DNA of 64,000 nt from Spirochaetia bacterium (GTDB lineage: Bacteria > Spirochaetota > Spirochaetia > UBA9216). The translations under genes were made by a program, and so were the position numbers. Numbering within the stretch: position 1 is the first letter of the stretch; every line of letters begins with the position of its first letter. The notes under the pieces were generated by a model. That model did no database searches and was not told the origin of the DNA. It worked only from the letters and a program-made list of their open reading frames with translations. The DNA lies in assembly GCA_965140585.1 (NCBI GenBank), contig OZ223270.1:448001-512000 (forward strand). The letters run 5' to 3'. Positions 50,586 through 61,346 of this stretch are shown piece after piece.

Positions 50586-51236
50586 ATGATCAAAGAATTT
50601 GAAGGTAAGACAGAGAAGGAGGCAATTGATAAAGCAGTAGAAGAACTTGGAATAGATCGGGAAGAATTCGACGTTGAAATTATAAACAAGCCGAAAAGCG
50701 GGTTATTCCGCAAAGGAAACGTCAAAATAAAGGTATATATCGGAGATTCTGAAGATTCAGCTGAAACCAGCATTGATGATTTTGAAAAACAGATTATTGA
50801 TTACCTTGAAAAACTTATAGAGAAAATGGGTTTTCCGGGTAAAGGAAAAATCGTTTTCAGAGAAGAAAACAAGATTGGACTTGAAATTGAATCTCAGTAT
50901 ACAGGTATTTTAATTGGAAGAAAGGGAAAAAACCTTGATTCAATACAGCTTTTGCTGAATGTATATGCCGGAAGACTCGGCAGTGAATGCAGAATCATCC
51001 TTGATGCCGAGAATTACAGAGAGCGCCGTGAAGAAAACCTTGTTAAACTTGCTAAAAAAAGTGCTGAACAGGTTAGAAGAACCAGAGGTTCCAGATTACT
51101 TGAACCAATGAACCCTTTTGAAAGAAGACTTGTTCATACAACACTTAATGAACTGACAGATATTGATACTATCAGCGAAGGTGAAGGACTGTATAAACAG
51201 ATAAGAGTTCTTTACCGTGGTGATGTTAGAAACTGA
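50586..51236 (+). CDS. jag: Jag/EloR RNA-binding protein (KH-R3H)
   Basis: GKT..EAI, ILIGRKGKNLD, PMNPFERRLVH. Confidence 0.95.
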   Translation: MIKEFEGKTEKEAIDKAVEELGIDREEFDVEIINKPKSGLFRKGNVKIKVYIGDSEDSAETSIDDFEKQIIDYLEKLIEKMGFPGKGKIVFREENKIGLEIESQYTGILIGRKGKNLDSIQLLLNVYAGRLGSECRIILDAENYRERREENLVKLAKKSAEQVRRTRGSRLLEPMNPFERRLVHTTLNELTDIDTISEGEGLYKQIRVLYRGDVRN

Positions 51237-51258
51237 TTAATTACTGCTAATTGCTTCC

Positions 51259-51288
51259 AGCCCCGCTTTTCCCGAAGCGGGGTTTTTT
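51259..51288 (+). terminator. Intrinsic terminator after jag
   Basis: ccccgctt-loop-aagcgggg plus T6. Confidence 0.85.
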
Positions 51289-51306
51289 AATTAATAAAGA
51301 AAAGAA

Positions 51307-52365
51307 TTAACTGTTTGGCGTGTGTTTCTTTGCAAGCTGGAAGAAGAAGCCTACTACTATAATCCATAGAACAATTGTAAGATTTATAATCCAGCCTGCC
51401 CCGCAAAGAGTCCAGGAAAAAACAGTTGCTGAAAGTAATATGCTTATGATGTATAATACAAGAAGAATCTGCTTTACACTTAGATTTCTGTCCATCAGTT
51501 TATGGTGTATATGCTCTCTGTCAGGAAAAAACATTGACTGACCTCTCATCTTTCTTCTGAGCATTGAAGTTAGAGTGTCCAGAACCGGGATAAAGATTAG
51601 ACTGATAGCAATAATCAGAGACATATCTGTAATGCGGTTCATTTCAATAAGAGGCATAGTGGCTATGGCAAAACCTATGAACAGACTTCCTGAGTCACCC
51701 ATAAAAATTTTTGCCGGCGGAAAATTAAATACTAGAAAACCAAGTATTGAACCGAACAGTGCAAATGCTACTATAGCTGTGGCGGTACTTCCGATTGAAA
51801 TAGATATAAGTGCAGTAAAAAGTGCTGCAATAGCACTTAATCCACCGCTAAGCCCATCCATTCCGTCTATAAGATTGACCGCATTACATACACCAATAAT
51901 CCAGACTCCGGTTAGTATATAGCCCAGAAACCCGATATCAAGGGTTACATTGATAAAGGGGATTCGTATCATTTCGAATGTGCGTCCCGGAATCATTATT
52001 ATCAGCGTTGCGGCTATCTGTATTACAAACTTGATATACGGATTCAGACTCTTAAAATCATCAATGAGTCCAATTATATGTATCATTAGATAGGCTATAA
52101 AAAAGATAAGTATACGCTGAGGAGGAATATTAAGTCCGATTGCGCCGGATTTTATTGAAATAAGCATTCCAACAAGCAGACCTGCAGACATCGATATAAA
52201 AATCCCTATTCCTGCCAGCCGCGGAACATTTCCGGTATGAATCTTCCGGTGATCAATATCATCATACCATTCATTTTTGTGACTCAAATGAATGAGTATT
52301 GGTATTATTATTACACAAAAACCAAATGAAAGAAGTCCAGCGAGTATTAAAGGAAGACCATACAT
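51307..52365 (-). CDS. wecA: Undecaprenyl-phosphate GlcNAc-1-P transferase (WecA/TagO, MraY family)
   Basis: RKIH...PRLAG, GLIDD, NAVNLIDGMDGL, FNFPPAKIFMGDSGS, DREHIHH. Confidence 0.9.
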   Translation of the reverse strand: MYGLPLILAGLLSFGFCVIIIPILIHLSHKNEWYDDIDHRKIHTGNVPRLAGIGIFISMSAGLLVGMLISIKSGAIGLNIPPQRILIFFIAYLMIHIIGLIDDFKSLNPYIKFVIQIAATLIIMIPGRTFEMIRIPFINVTLDIGFLGYILTGVWIIGVCNAVNLIDGMDGLSGGLSAIAALFTALISISIGSTATAIVAFALFGSILGFLVFNFPPAKIFMGDSGSLFIGFAIATMPLIEMNRITDMSLIIAISLIFIPVLDTLTSMLRRKMRGQSMFFPDREHIHHKLMDRNLSVKQILLVLYIISILLSATVFSWTLCGAGWIINLTIVLWIIVVGFFFQLAKKHTPNS

Positions 52366-52467
52366 ATAGACCAATATTAGTTCAGGTAATCCGCAGTGTC
52401 AATCATATATCTGTCCTTGTTTTTTTCATTATAGATCCTTATATTTAAAGGTACGGAGATATCTATC

Positions 52468-53898
52468 GTGGAATACAAAGTAAAAGACATAAATCTGGCC
52501 GACTGGGGCCGGAAAGAAATTGAGATCGCAGAACATGAAATGCCGGGCCTTATGGCGATCAGGGCAAAATATTCTAAGGAAAAACCGCTAAAAGGGCTTA
52601 GAATAACCGGTTCACTTCACATGACAATTCAGACAGCTGTGCTAATTGAGACTCTTGTAGAACTTGGAGCTGATGTAAGATGGGCAAGCTGCAATATTTT
52701 TTCAACCCAGGATCATGCTGCCGCAGCAATCGCTGTAGGTCGGCCGGAAAACGGCGGAACAGTTGATAATCCTAAGGGTGTTCCTGTCTTTGCCTGGAAG
52801 GGAGAAACGCTCGAAGAATACTGGGAGTGTACCCTTGATGCGCTTAGCTTTCCGGGAGGAAAGGGACCGAACCAGATCGTTGATGACGGAGGAGATGCAA
52901 CCCTTCTTATTCACAAGGGCGTTGAACTTGAAGGTGGCGACGGATGGGTTAAGACGGCTTCAGCAAAGCACGAAGAGAAGGTAATTAAAGACCTCCTTCT
53001 TAAAGTAAACAGTGAAAATGCATCATTTTTCACGGATATGGCAAAAGAAATACGCGGCTGTTCCGAGGAAACAACAACTGGAGTTCACCGTCTTTACCAT
53101 ATGATGGAGGAAGGAAGCCTGTTATTTCCCGCTATAAACGTTAACGACAGTGTTACAAAGAGTAAGTTCGATAACCTCTACGGCTGCCGTGAATCACTTG
53201 CAGACGGTCTGAAGCGGGCAACCGATGTAATGATTGCTGGTAAGGTAGCTATTGTCTGCGGCTACGGAGACGTAGGCAAGGGCTGTGCGCAGTCGATGCG
53301 CGGATTCGGAGCCAGAGTCGTTGTAACCGAGATTGACCCCATATGCGCCCTTCAGGCCTCTATGGAGGGGTTTGAAGTAAGTACTGTTGAAGACACACTT
53401 GGAACCGGGGATATCTATGTTACAACAACCGGTAACAAGGATGTTATAACTGCTGATCACATGAGTAAAATGAAGGATCAGTCAATAGTCTGCAATATCG
53501 GTCACTTCGACAACGAGATTCAGGTTGATGAGCTGAATGCATGGAAGGGAATAGAAAAGATTAATGTTAAACCTCAGGTTGATAAATATGTCTATGCAGA
53601 CGGTCATGAAATCTTTCTTCTTGCCGAAGGCAGGCTTGTGAACCTGGGTTGTGCAACAGGACATCCCTCATTTGTAATGTCGAACTCTTTTTCAAACCAG
53701 ACGCTTGCTCAGATAGATTTAGCTGAAAATGACTATAAACCCGGAGTATACCGTCTTTCAAAGAAGCTTGATGAAGAAGTTGCCCGACTTCACCTTGAAA
53801 AGATAGGTGTAAAGCTTACTAAACTTTCAAAAGATCAGGCCGATTATATCGGAGTAGATGTAGAGGGTCCCTACAAACCTGAACACTACAGATACTGA
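52468..53898 (+). CDS. ahcY: Adenosylhomocysteinase
   Basis: [44 protein letters not shown]. Confidence 0.98.
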   Translation: MEYKVKDINLADWGRKEIEIAEHEMPGLMAIRAKYSKEKPLKGLRITGSLHMTIQTAVLIETLVELGADVRWASCNIFSTQDHAAAAIAVGRPENGGTVDNPKGVPVFAWKGETLEEYWECTLDALSFPGGKGPNQIVDDGGDATLLIHKGVELEGGDGWVKTASAKHEEKVIKDLLLKVNSENASFFTDMAKEIRGCSEETTTGVHRLYHMMEEGSLLFPAINVNDSVTKSKFDNLYGCRESLADGLKRATDVMIAGKVAIVCGYGDVGKGCAQSMRGFGARVVVTEIDPICALQASMEGFEVSTVEDTLGTGDIYVTTTGNKDVITADHMSKMKDQSIVCNIGHFDNEIQVDELNAWKGIEKINVKPQVDKYVYADGHEIFLLAEGRLVNLGCATGHPSFVMSNSFSNQTLAQIDLAENDYKPGVYRLSKKLDEEVARLHLEKIGVKLTKLSKDQADYIGVDVEGPYKPEHYRY

Positions 53899-53920
53899 TT
53901 CGTTTTATAGATTTTCATAT

Positions 53921-53964
53921 AAAGCTTTTCCGGTCCTTTGCTTACTTGAACCGGAAGAGCTTTT
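53921..53964 (+). terminator. Stem-loop / terminator after ahcY
   Basis: aaagcttttccggt-loop-accggaagagctttt. Confidence 0.7.
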
Positions 53965-53998
53965 AAATAAGCATCTTGAAAAAGATGATCATTTTGTA

Positions 53999-54140
53999 CC
54001 GGTTCCCATAACCGGGGCAATCTAAGGAGTAATAAAAAAATCACTTCCATGTAATTTTTTTATTTAAGAGAACTCAAATGTAATTTGATTTCTCCCTCCT
54101 CCTGATTCCGCATCCATGCGGAAAAAATAAGGAGAATAAA
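53999..54140 (+). promoter_or_regulatory. Structured metK leader, candidate cis-regulatory RNA
   Basis: Four hairpins plus an anti-SD ctcctcct able to pair with either aggag 54025 or the RBS aggag 54130. Confidence 0.5.
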
Positions 54141-55304
54141 ATGGAAAACAGAAACTATCTTTTCACTTCCGAATCGGTAGGTGAAGGTCATCCCGACAAA
54201 CTATGTGATCAGATCTCTGATGCAGTCCTTGATGCATGTCTGGCAGATGATCCGCAGTCCAGAGTCGCCTGCGAAACCTTTACTACAACCGGCATGGTCC
54301 TTGTAGGCGGGGAAATTACCACTAACACCTATGTGGATGTGCAGGAAATAGCACGAGGAGTAGCAAAGAAGATCGGTTATGTGAAACCGGAATACGGTCT
54401 GGACTGTGAATCAATGGCGGTACTCAATACAATTCACAGCCAGTCGCCTGATATCTCACAGGGCGTTACCGACGGTGCAGGATTATACAAGGAGCAGGGA
54501 GCCGGAGATCAGGGAATGATGTTCGGTTTTGCCTGCAAGGAAACACCTGAACTTATGCCTGCACCTGTAATGTTTTCACATCAGATACTGCTGAAAGCTG
54601 CTGATATGAGAAAATCAGGAAAACTAATGTGGCTCAGGCCGGATTCAAAGAGCCAGGTAACAATTGAATATGAAGGATTCACACCAAAAAGAATCGATAC
54701 TGTTGTAGTAAGCCACCAGCACGATGATGATGTTTCATATGAAGAGATAAAAGAAAGCATTATAAAGAAGATTATCAAACCGGTACTTGAGCCTACAGGG
54801 CTTCTTGCAGATGATACGAAGTTTTTCATCAACCCGACCGGACGTTTTGTAATTGGGGGCCCTCATGGAGACTCAGGACTTACCGGACGTAAAATCATAG
54901 TAGATACCTACGGCGGAATGGGCCGGCATGGAGGTGGAGCCTTCAGCGGTAAGGATCCTTCTAAGGTAGACCGATCGGCAGCATACATGGCACGTTATGT
55001 GGCCAAGAACATAGTATCTGCAGATCTGTGTGAACGATGTGAAGTTCAGCTTGCTTATGCTATAGGAGTTCCCTTTCCTGTTTCGGTAATGGTGGATACT
55101 TTCGGTACATCAAAGGTGCCTGAGGCAGTAATAGAGGCGGCAGCAGAAAAGGTTTTTGATCTTACCCCTGCTGGAATAATAAAAACTCTTGATCTTAAAA
55201 AACCGGTTTTTCAGGAGACCGCTGCCTACGGACATTTCGGCCGGGATATTTTTTCCTGGGAAAAAACTGATAAAGTAAAAGAATTATTGAAAGAAATAGG
55301 TTAG
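54141..55304 (+). CDS. metK: S-adenosylmethionine synthetase
   Basis: [27 protein letters not shown]. Confidence 0.99.
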   Translation: MENRNYLFTSESVGEGHPDKLCDQISDAVLDACLADDPQSRVACETFTTTGMVLVGGEITTNTYVDVQEIARGVAKKIGYVKPEYGLDCESMAVLNTIHSQSPDISQGVTDGAGLYKEQGAGDQGMMFGFACKETPELMPAPVMFSHQILLKAADMRKSGKLMWLRPDSKSQVTIEYEGFTPKRIDTVVVSHQHDDDVSYEEIKESIIKKIIKPVLEPTGLLADDTKFFINPTGRFVIGGPHGDSGLTGRKIIVDTYGGMGRHGGGAFSGKDPSKVDRSAAYMARYVAKNIVSADLCERCEVQLAYAIGVPFPVSVMVDTFGTSKVPEAVIEAAAEKVFDLTPAGIIKTLDLKKPVFQETAAYGHFGRDIFSWEKTDKVKELLKEIG

Positions 55305-55311
55305 TTTTATT

Positions 55312-55361
55312 AAAAAATCCCCCATTCTGCTTGATCTTTGAACAGAAAGGGGGTATTTTTT
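55312..55361 (+). terminator. Intrinsic terminator after metK
   Basis: cccccattctg-loop-cagaaaggggg plus T-rich tail. Confidence 0.7.
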
Positions 55362-55450
55362 AAAGATTATCGGTCATTGACCGATATTTTTACGGTTTTT
55401 TCTGTTTAAGAAGAATAAGTTTTAGAACGATGTTAAAAACTTATATTTTC

Positions 55451-55479
55451 TTGACAGCTAAAAATGGGGTTGGTATAAT
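55451..55479 (+). promoter_or_regulatory. Consensus sigma70 promoter
   Basis: TTGACA-17-TATAAT with extended TG. Confidence 0.85.
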
Positions 55480-55557
55480 TACCCCTAAATAGTATGAAAA
55501 ATGGGATACAAACGGGCCGTTGGCTTGATCCCAAAATTTTGGAGGAAGTGAAATAGT

Positions 55558-56787
55558 ATGAAAAAAATAGCACTTGTCCTTGCACTTCTGATGGTAATCG
55601 GAATGGGCGCATTTGCTCAGGTTGAAGCCTTTGTTTATGCAGAAATGGATACTTATGTAAGTATCGATCTTGAAACAGAAGAACTCGCTCTTACAAACGC
55701 TCCGTTTGCAATGCTCCAGTTCAAATTCGGTGAAGATGTAGCAACTGAAGCTGGAGATGGTGTTTACGGTTCAATCGCTGTAAACAATCTTGAAGGTAAC
55801 TACAGAGCATATGCCACAAGCGGCGACTGGTCAGATCTTACCTACGAAATGCACAGCGCAAAAGACCATTGGTCAGAAATGATCACTTGGGATGCAAGAA
55901 TCGTTATGGGTCCTGCATACCTTAAAATTGATGGTGATGAAACTATCAGAGCAAGAAATGCAGTAGTTGCTAACGTAGTTGATGATTTCACACTTACCGG
56001 TATGGAACTTAAGGGTAACTATGTTTCTTTCTCAACAGATGCTTCTTTAGAAGCAGGTTATTCAGTTGAAAACGTAATGGACATCGCTGTAGAATTCGGC
56101 GTTGTTAACGGAACTTTCGACACAGCAGGATATGCTCTTGATGCAGCTGTTTCTGTTACTGCAGTTCCCGGCCTTGGTCTTGATGCTAACTTTGTTACAG
56201 CTTTCGGCGGAGTTCTTGATGGTTCTGATTCAGGTTTTGCTGTAAAAGTTGGTTATGATGTAGCTGTTGCTGAAATGACTCTTACTCCTTTTGTTGCATT
56301 TGATGGAATTCTTGGAACAGAGTTTGGTTTTGATATCGGTGGTGGTGCTACTCTCGGTTGGGATAGCGATAAGGGCGGAAAAGTTGCAAAAAGCGGATCT
56401 AATCCTCTTTCAAGATTTTTTGGAACTACAGATCAGTGGGTAGATGCAGGTCTTACTCTTGGTGGTGAATACTCATCAGCAACTGAAGATGTAAACGTTA
56501 TGCTTTCTGCAGCATATGCTCCTGTTGAAAATTTGACAAGTATTGTTCTTGTTGAAGCAGGTTCACTTCTTAACACTGCAGTAATCGGTGTTGGAACTTA
56601 TGTTGACTACACTGTAGGTGACATTGTACCTCATGTAGGTTTTAAATACACCGAAGCAGCAACATCACTTGATGCTGGTGTAAGTTACAGTGGAATTGAT
56701 CATACAAAAATTTATGCTAACTACATCTCTGATGACTTAGCAAATGACAATGGCGCAATTACTATTGGTGCTGTTATCAGCAACTAG
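55558..56787 (+). CDS. Probable major outer-membrane/sheath protein (porin-like beta-barrel)
   Basis: Signal peptide ending AFA; acidic, Gly/Ala/Val/aromatic beta-strands; strong promoter, GGAGG RBS, own terminator. Confidence 0.65.
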   Translation: MKKIALVLALLMVIGMGAFAQVEAFVYAEMDTYVSIDLETEELALTNAPFAMLQFKFGEDVATEAGDGVYGSIAVNNLEGNYRAYATSGDWSDLTYEMHSAKDHWSEMITWDARIVMGPAYLKIDGDETIRARNAVVANVVDDFTLTGMELKGNYVSFSTDASLEAGYSVENVMDIAVEFGVVNGTFDTAGYALDAAVSVTAVPGLGLDANFVTAFGGVLDGSDSGFAVKVGYDVAVAEMTLTPFVAFDGILGTEFGFDIGGGATLGWDSDKGGKVAKSGSNPLSRFFGTTDQWVDAGLTLGGEYSSATEDVNVMLSAAYAPVENLTSIVLVEAGSLLNTAVIGVGTYVDYTVGDIVPHVGFKYTEAATSLDAGVSYSGIDHTKIYANYISDDLANDNGAITIGAVISN

Positions 56788-56805
56788 TCTTAATTAGTTA
56801 CTTAT

Positions 56806-56833
56806 AAGCCGCTTCTATGGAAGCGGCTTTTTT
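56806..56833 (+). terminator. Intrinsic terminator
   Basis: aagccgcttc-tatg-gaagcggctt plus T run. Confidence 0.9.
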
Positions 56834-57029
56834 ATGCTTTAATAAAAATATTAGTTATAGGAGACAGACAGGCATTCTATTCAGGTTAATTAAAAATAGA
56901 ATTTAGTTTATATGCAATTAATTAATGCAATATCAAAACCTAAATGTTTAACTTTTTAAGTTTTGATATTTGCTATTGCTCGGAAATTATTTGTTTAAAT
57001 AAAATAAATGATGTTTTACCAGAAGGATA

Positions 57030-57845
57030 TTATAAGTTTCTCTCTTTTTTTATCTGATCCCAGGCATTTTGTATTTCAATAAACTTTGTTTTTGCAAGTT
57101 TCTGAAACTCTTCCGGAAGTCCCTTAGATGAAACCTTGTCAGGATGATATTCTGATACCAGTTTACGGTATGCTTTCTTAATCTTATCATTATTGTCGGA
57201 AGGACTGCATCCGAGGACTGAATAAGCAGATGACCCGGATGAATAAGAATTGTAGCTGTTTGATGAAGATGAATAAGATGTATATGGTGCTTTCATCTGT
57301 ACAAATTGTTCGTCACTTATATGAAATATATGAACGGCATCTCTAATAAGTGTTTCTTCATCGGCACTTATTCCATTATCTTCATGAGCAACCCTAAGCA
57401 TTATATCGATCATCAAGGTAAGTATCTGAGGCTGGAACCTGAACTCTCGGTAAAACTGGTTTGCAAACTGATAAAAGGTTTCAGAGGCATTAATTGCAGT
57501 ATTAAAGATTCGAAGTGCGCTGTTTTTTGTAGCTGCATCCATCTTTAAATCCACATCCATGAATTCTTCAACTTTCTTTCTTTCTTTATCTGAAACATTA
57601 CCGTCTACAGCAGCCAGTTTAGCTAGCATTGAAAAGGCTCCGACAAAGAATGTCATCTGATTATGCTGAGTACGGTTCATCCTGGTACCATACATGTTTG
57701 AATATTTATCGGAAAACTCTCCCTCAGTAAATTTGGAAGCCGATCCGGAAATAAAAGAACCGAATGCGGCACCGGCTATAGCCCCGATAGGCCCTCCGAA
57801 GAATAAACCAATAGTTCCGCCTATTAAAGTTCCTAGACAACTCAA
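57030..57845 (-). CDS. djlA: DjlA-like co-chaperone (TerB + J domain)
   Basis: Gly-rich N-terminal TM, AKLAAVDG.V...E, C-terminal AYRKL..EYHPDK. Confidence 0.88.
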   Translation of the reverse strand: MSCLGTLIGGTIGLFFGGPIGAIAGAAFGSFISGSASKFTEGEFSDKYSNMYGTRMNRTQHNQMTFFVGAFSMLAKLAAVDGNVSDKERKKVEEFMDVDLKMDAATKNSALRIFNTAINASETFYQFANQFYREFRFQPQILTLMIDIMLRVAHEDNGISADEETLIRDAVHIFHISDEQFVQMKAPYTSYSSSSNSYNSYSSGSSAYSVLGCSPSDNNDKIKKAYRKLVSEYHPDKVSSKGLPEEFQKLAKTKFIEIQNAWDQIKKERNL

Positions 57846-57888
57846 TTTATTACCTCACAAAAAAGGCGGACTGAATGTCCGCCTGAGT

Positions 57889-59313
57889 TTATAATTTATC
57901 TATAAGCATCGAACATTTACCCGAAGGAATAGGCAAAGTTTTTTTCTTCTGCTCATCAAGAATGTTTATTGTAAAATAGTAAAGCTTTTCAGATTCAAGT
58001 CTTATTTCCCAGCCTCTGCCACTCTTATTACTTAAAATGGTAATTAGATTTCTCTTTAAAGAAAGATTTTCTATTCCCATAATTTCAAGTGTCGGCATTA
58101 TCCAGTCAACGGTTTTTCGAGGCAGACTTATATACAAACCAAGTATATTTTCTACCATCAGGGTAACCGTTGATAAAGCGGTATATGCAAGAAGAACAGG
58201 TCTTGGGAAACTGGCTTTATCACTCCATTTTGCAGGACCGTCTTTAGTAGGAAGATAAGCTTCAAAGATGTTACCTTTCTCTTTGCCTTCAGGATGAAGA
58301 GTATCAAGCATGAAATAAAGATGTCTGATAGAACATTCTCTTGCCAGTTCATATCTTGCGTACTTTTCAAGGCCCTTAACTACCATAAAGGTAAAAGGAG
58401 GTACAACTGAACCTCTATAACCTTCTCCGTCTTCACAGTATGCTGATTCAGATACCGCAAGTGTCGGAAAAGGATTATCTGTTCCAAAACTATTGGGATT
58501 TTTCAGATGTTCAATGAGAGCGTTGGCTCTGTCTTCATTCGGGATCTCTGCAAGAAGCGGCCAGAAGGAAGCTATGGTTTTAATTTTGACCTGGGATTCG
58601 TTTTTATCCAAATCATAGTAAATACCTTCTTCATCATTCCACATAAAAGATGAAATCCGTGTTTTTAATGAAAAATATTTCCGCTTATATTTGAAACTGA
58701 GTTCCTTGTCGTTTAGAATATCACCGATTTCTGACATATACAGAGCATTTACAGCCTGCTGTGCATTAAAATCTACCGGATAGAACATTCCATCACGCGG
58801 CGAATTTTCCATCAGGGTAGCTGCAAGAGGTACTGAATAAAGTCCGTTGCTCTGCTTGAATGTCTTTTCAAGCCATGAGAAATACTTCTCTAGATATACT
58901 ATTATATCTTTAAGCCTCTTTTTATTCCCTTCTTTATGGTACAGATTATATTCTGCCCAGGAAAACAAGGGCGGATGCACGCATTCAGGATTATCATCAG
59001 TAAATACTGGCTTCCCGGTTTCTTCGCGGTAAATACCTCTTATTGCACCGCTTTCTTCCTGTTTAGCATAAAAAAGATCCAGTGAAGGGATCGCTGGAAA
59101 CTGATTATTACTGTACACCAGGAAAAATGTTGAAAGACATGATTCAAACTGATTTATTGTTTCACTTTCTGGATAATTGAAATAGGTTTTCGGAAGTCCG
59201 TTTTTTGAATTTCCTTTTTTCCATGAGTCCTGAAGCCAGGCCCATGTTTTTTCATAAAGGTCTACAAAATCTTGATCGTAGAAATGAACAGCAGGGAAAC
59301 CTTTCTTTACCAA
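57889..59313 (-). CDS. Trehalase/MGH1-like (alpha/alpha)6 glycoside hydrolase family protein
   Basis: HPPLFSWAE, MENSPR, MWN.E.G.YYD, KTIASFWPL, YRG.V, FEAY. Confidence 0.75.
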   Translation of the reverse strand: MVKKGFPAVHFYDQDFVDLYEKTWAWLQDSWKKGNSKNGLPKTYFNYPESETINQFESCLSTFFLVYSNNQFPAIPSLDLFYAKQEESGAIRGIYREETGKPVFTDDNPECVHPPLFSWAEYNLYHKEGNKKRLKDIIVYLEKYFSWLEKTFKQSNGLYSVPLAATLMENSPRDGMFYPVDFNAQQAVNALYMSEIGDILNDKELSFKYKRKYFSLKTRISSFMWNDEEGIYYDLDKNESQVKIKTIASFWPLLAEIPNEDRANALIEHLKNPNSFGTDNPFPTLAVSESAYCEDGEGYRGSVVPPFTFMVVKGLEKYARYELARECSIRHLYFMLDTLHPEGKEKGNIFEAYLPTKDGPAKWSDKASFPRPVLLAYTALSTVTLMVENILGLYISLPRKTVDWIMPTLEIMGIENLSLKRNLITILSNKSGRGWEIRLESEKLYYFTINILDEQKKKTLPIPSGKCSMLIDKL

Positions 59314-59486
59314 TTATTAAACCTCATTCTTAAAGTGTAGTCACATATAACTTATTATTTTATCATGAATAAATGTAGAATTGACCGTCATGACTATTAT
59401 AAGATAATATAAAATATATCTCAAGTCAAATTGGAAAAAAGAGGAAAATCTGAAGATTACGTTTATTCTATGGGAAATTAAATTTG

Positions 59487-61343
59487 ATGTCAATTACCGG
59501 CGATGATGAGTTAAAAAAATTTTTACCAGTTAATAAAAAAGATTTAAATAATTCAGGCTGGAAAGAGTGTGATTTTATTATAATCAGCGGTGACGCCTAT
59601 GTAGATCATCCTTCTTTCGGTTCAGCAATCATTTCCAGGATTCTCGAAAAAGAAGGCTTTAGAGTTGGTATTATAAGTCAACCCGATTGGACGAATCCTG
59701 ATTCAGTGAAAATACTCGGACGTCCACGACTTGCCTTTTTACTTACCTCAGGAAATATGGACTCGATGGTGAGCAATTATTCTTCTTCTCTAAGAAAAAG
59801 AAAAAACGATTCATATTCCCCTGGAGGAATCCCCGGGCGAAGACCTGATCGTGCCTTAATTGTGTATACATCTCTTGTTAAAGCTGCTTTTAAGGGAGTT
59901 CCAGTTGTCATAGGCGGGATAGAGGCATCACTTAGAAGACTTAGTCATTATGATTACTGGAGTGATAAGATAAGAAGGTCAGTATTAATTGATACCAAGG
60001 CTGATTTACTTGTTTATGGTATGGCGGAAAGACAGATTACAGAACTTGGAAAAAGACTTTCTGCCGGCATCCAAATTGGAGAAATTAGAGATATTCCGGG
60101 AACCGTTGTAAAGTTAAGCGAGAAAGATTTTAGTTATTATGCCGGGACGGCTGATAATCTGCTTCAACTACCTGAATACCAGGATATTTTAAAAGATAAA
60201 AATAAGTTTGCAGAGAGTTTTAGGATTCAGTATGAAAATACAAATCCTTTCTCTGCATCTATACTTGCAGAAAAAACTGATACTCAATGGGTTATTCAGA
60301 ATCCTCCTCAAAAACCTCTTTCAACTGAAGAGCTTGATGCGGTTTACAATCTTCCTTTTACCAGGAAATATCATCATATGTATGAGAAGGATGGGGGGAT
60401 TCCTGCTTTAAAGGAAGTAGAGTTTAGTCTTGCTGTAAACAGGGGATGTTTCGGTGCCTGCAGTTTCTGTGCTCTGGTCTTTCACCAGGGCAGGATTGTT
60501 CAGGCAAGATCGATTGAATCTATTATTTCGGAAGCAGAGCACATGGTGCAAAATCCTGAATTTAAGGGAATAATACATGATGCTGGCGGACCTACTGCTA
60601 ATTTTTTCCATGCCTCATGTAAAAAACAGGAGAAACACGGCTCATGTCCCGACAGGGAATGCTTATTTCCTGAACCCTGTCCGAATCTTGATACAGATCA
60701 CACTGAATATTTGAGACTCCTTCGAAGGCTGAGGAAGCTACCGGAAATTAAAAGAGTATTTATTCGATCCGGAATAAGATTCGATTATCTTATGGAAGCG
60801 GTAAAGCGGGAGAATAAATTAAATAAAACATCAGGTGAGGAATTCTTCAGCGATTTGTGTAAATATCATGTCAGCGGCCAGCTGAAAACTGCACCAGAAC
60901 ATGTTTCTGCGGGGGTTCTGAACCTTATGCGCAAGCCGGGAAACAGGGTTTACAGAGAGTTTGAAGATAAGTTCAGAGAAATAAATAAAATAGAAGGAAA
61001 AAAACAGTATATTATTCCCTATCTTATTTCCGGACATCCCGGTTCCGGGCTTAAAGAAGCTATTGAGCTGGCTGTTTATCTTAAAAAGCAGAAATTTATT
61101 CCTGATCAAGTTCAGGATTTCTACCCTACTCCTTCTACTATATCTACATGCATGTATTATTCAGGAATTAATCCTCTTAACGGGAAAAAGGTATATACTG
61201 CAAAAACACCGCAGGAAAAAGCCATGCAGCGTGCTCTGCTTCACTTTCATAAGCCGGAAAATCGAAAACTTGTCATAAAGGCATTGAAAGAAGTAGGCAG
61301 AACTGATCTAATAGGCAGCGGAAAAAACTGTCTTATCAGGTGA
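59487..61343 (+). CDS. ygiQ: YgiQ family radical SAM protein
   Basis: GDAYVDHPSFG, RGCFGACSFC, GGPTAN, SGIRFD, QVQDFYPTP. Confidence 0.93.
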   Translation: MSITGDDELKKFLPVNKKDLNNSGWKECDFIIISGDAYVDHPSFGSAIISRILEKEGFRVGIISQPDWTNPDSVKILGRPRLAFLLTSGNMDSMVSNYSSSLRKRKNDSYSPGGIPGRRPDRALIVYTSLVKAAFKGVPVVIGGIEASLRRLSHYDYWSDKIRRSVLIDTKADLLVYGMAERQITELGKRLSAGIQIGEIRDIPGTVVKLSEKDFSYYAGTADNLLQLPEYQDILKDKNKFAESFRIQYENTNPFSASILAEKTDTQWVIQNPPQKPLSTEELDAVYNLPFTRKYHHMYEKDGGIPALKEVEFSLAVNRGCFGACSFCALVFHQGRIVQARSIESIISEAEHMVQNPEFKGIIHDAGGPTANFFHASCKKQEKHGSCPDRECLFPEPCPNLDTDHTEYLRLLRRLRKLPEIKRVFIRSGIRFDYLMEAVKRENKLNKTSGEEFFSDLCKYHVSGQLKTAPEHVSAGVLNLMRKPGNRVYREFEDKFREINKIEGKKQYIIPYLISGHPGSGLKEAIELAVYLKKQKFIPDQVQDFYPTPSTISTCMYYSGINPLNGKKVYTAKTPQEKAMQRALLHFHKPENRKLVIKALKEVGRTDLIGSGKNCLIR

Positions 61344-61346
61344 TAA

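Noticed and set aside
52375-52467. SAH riboswitch before ahcY
   Set aside because: The short intergenic region is taken up by divergent promoters; no SAH consensus seen
56927-56973. AT-rich inverted repeat atatcaaaac/gttttgatat
   Set aside because: Lies between convergent genes and is most simply a djlA terminator or chance AT pairing
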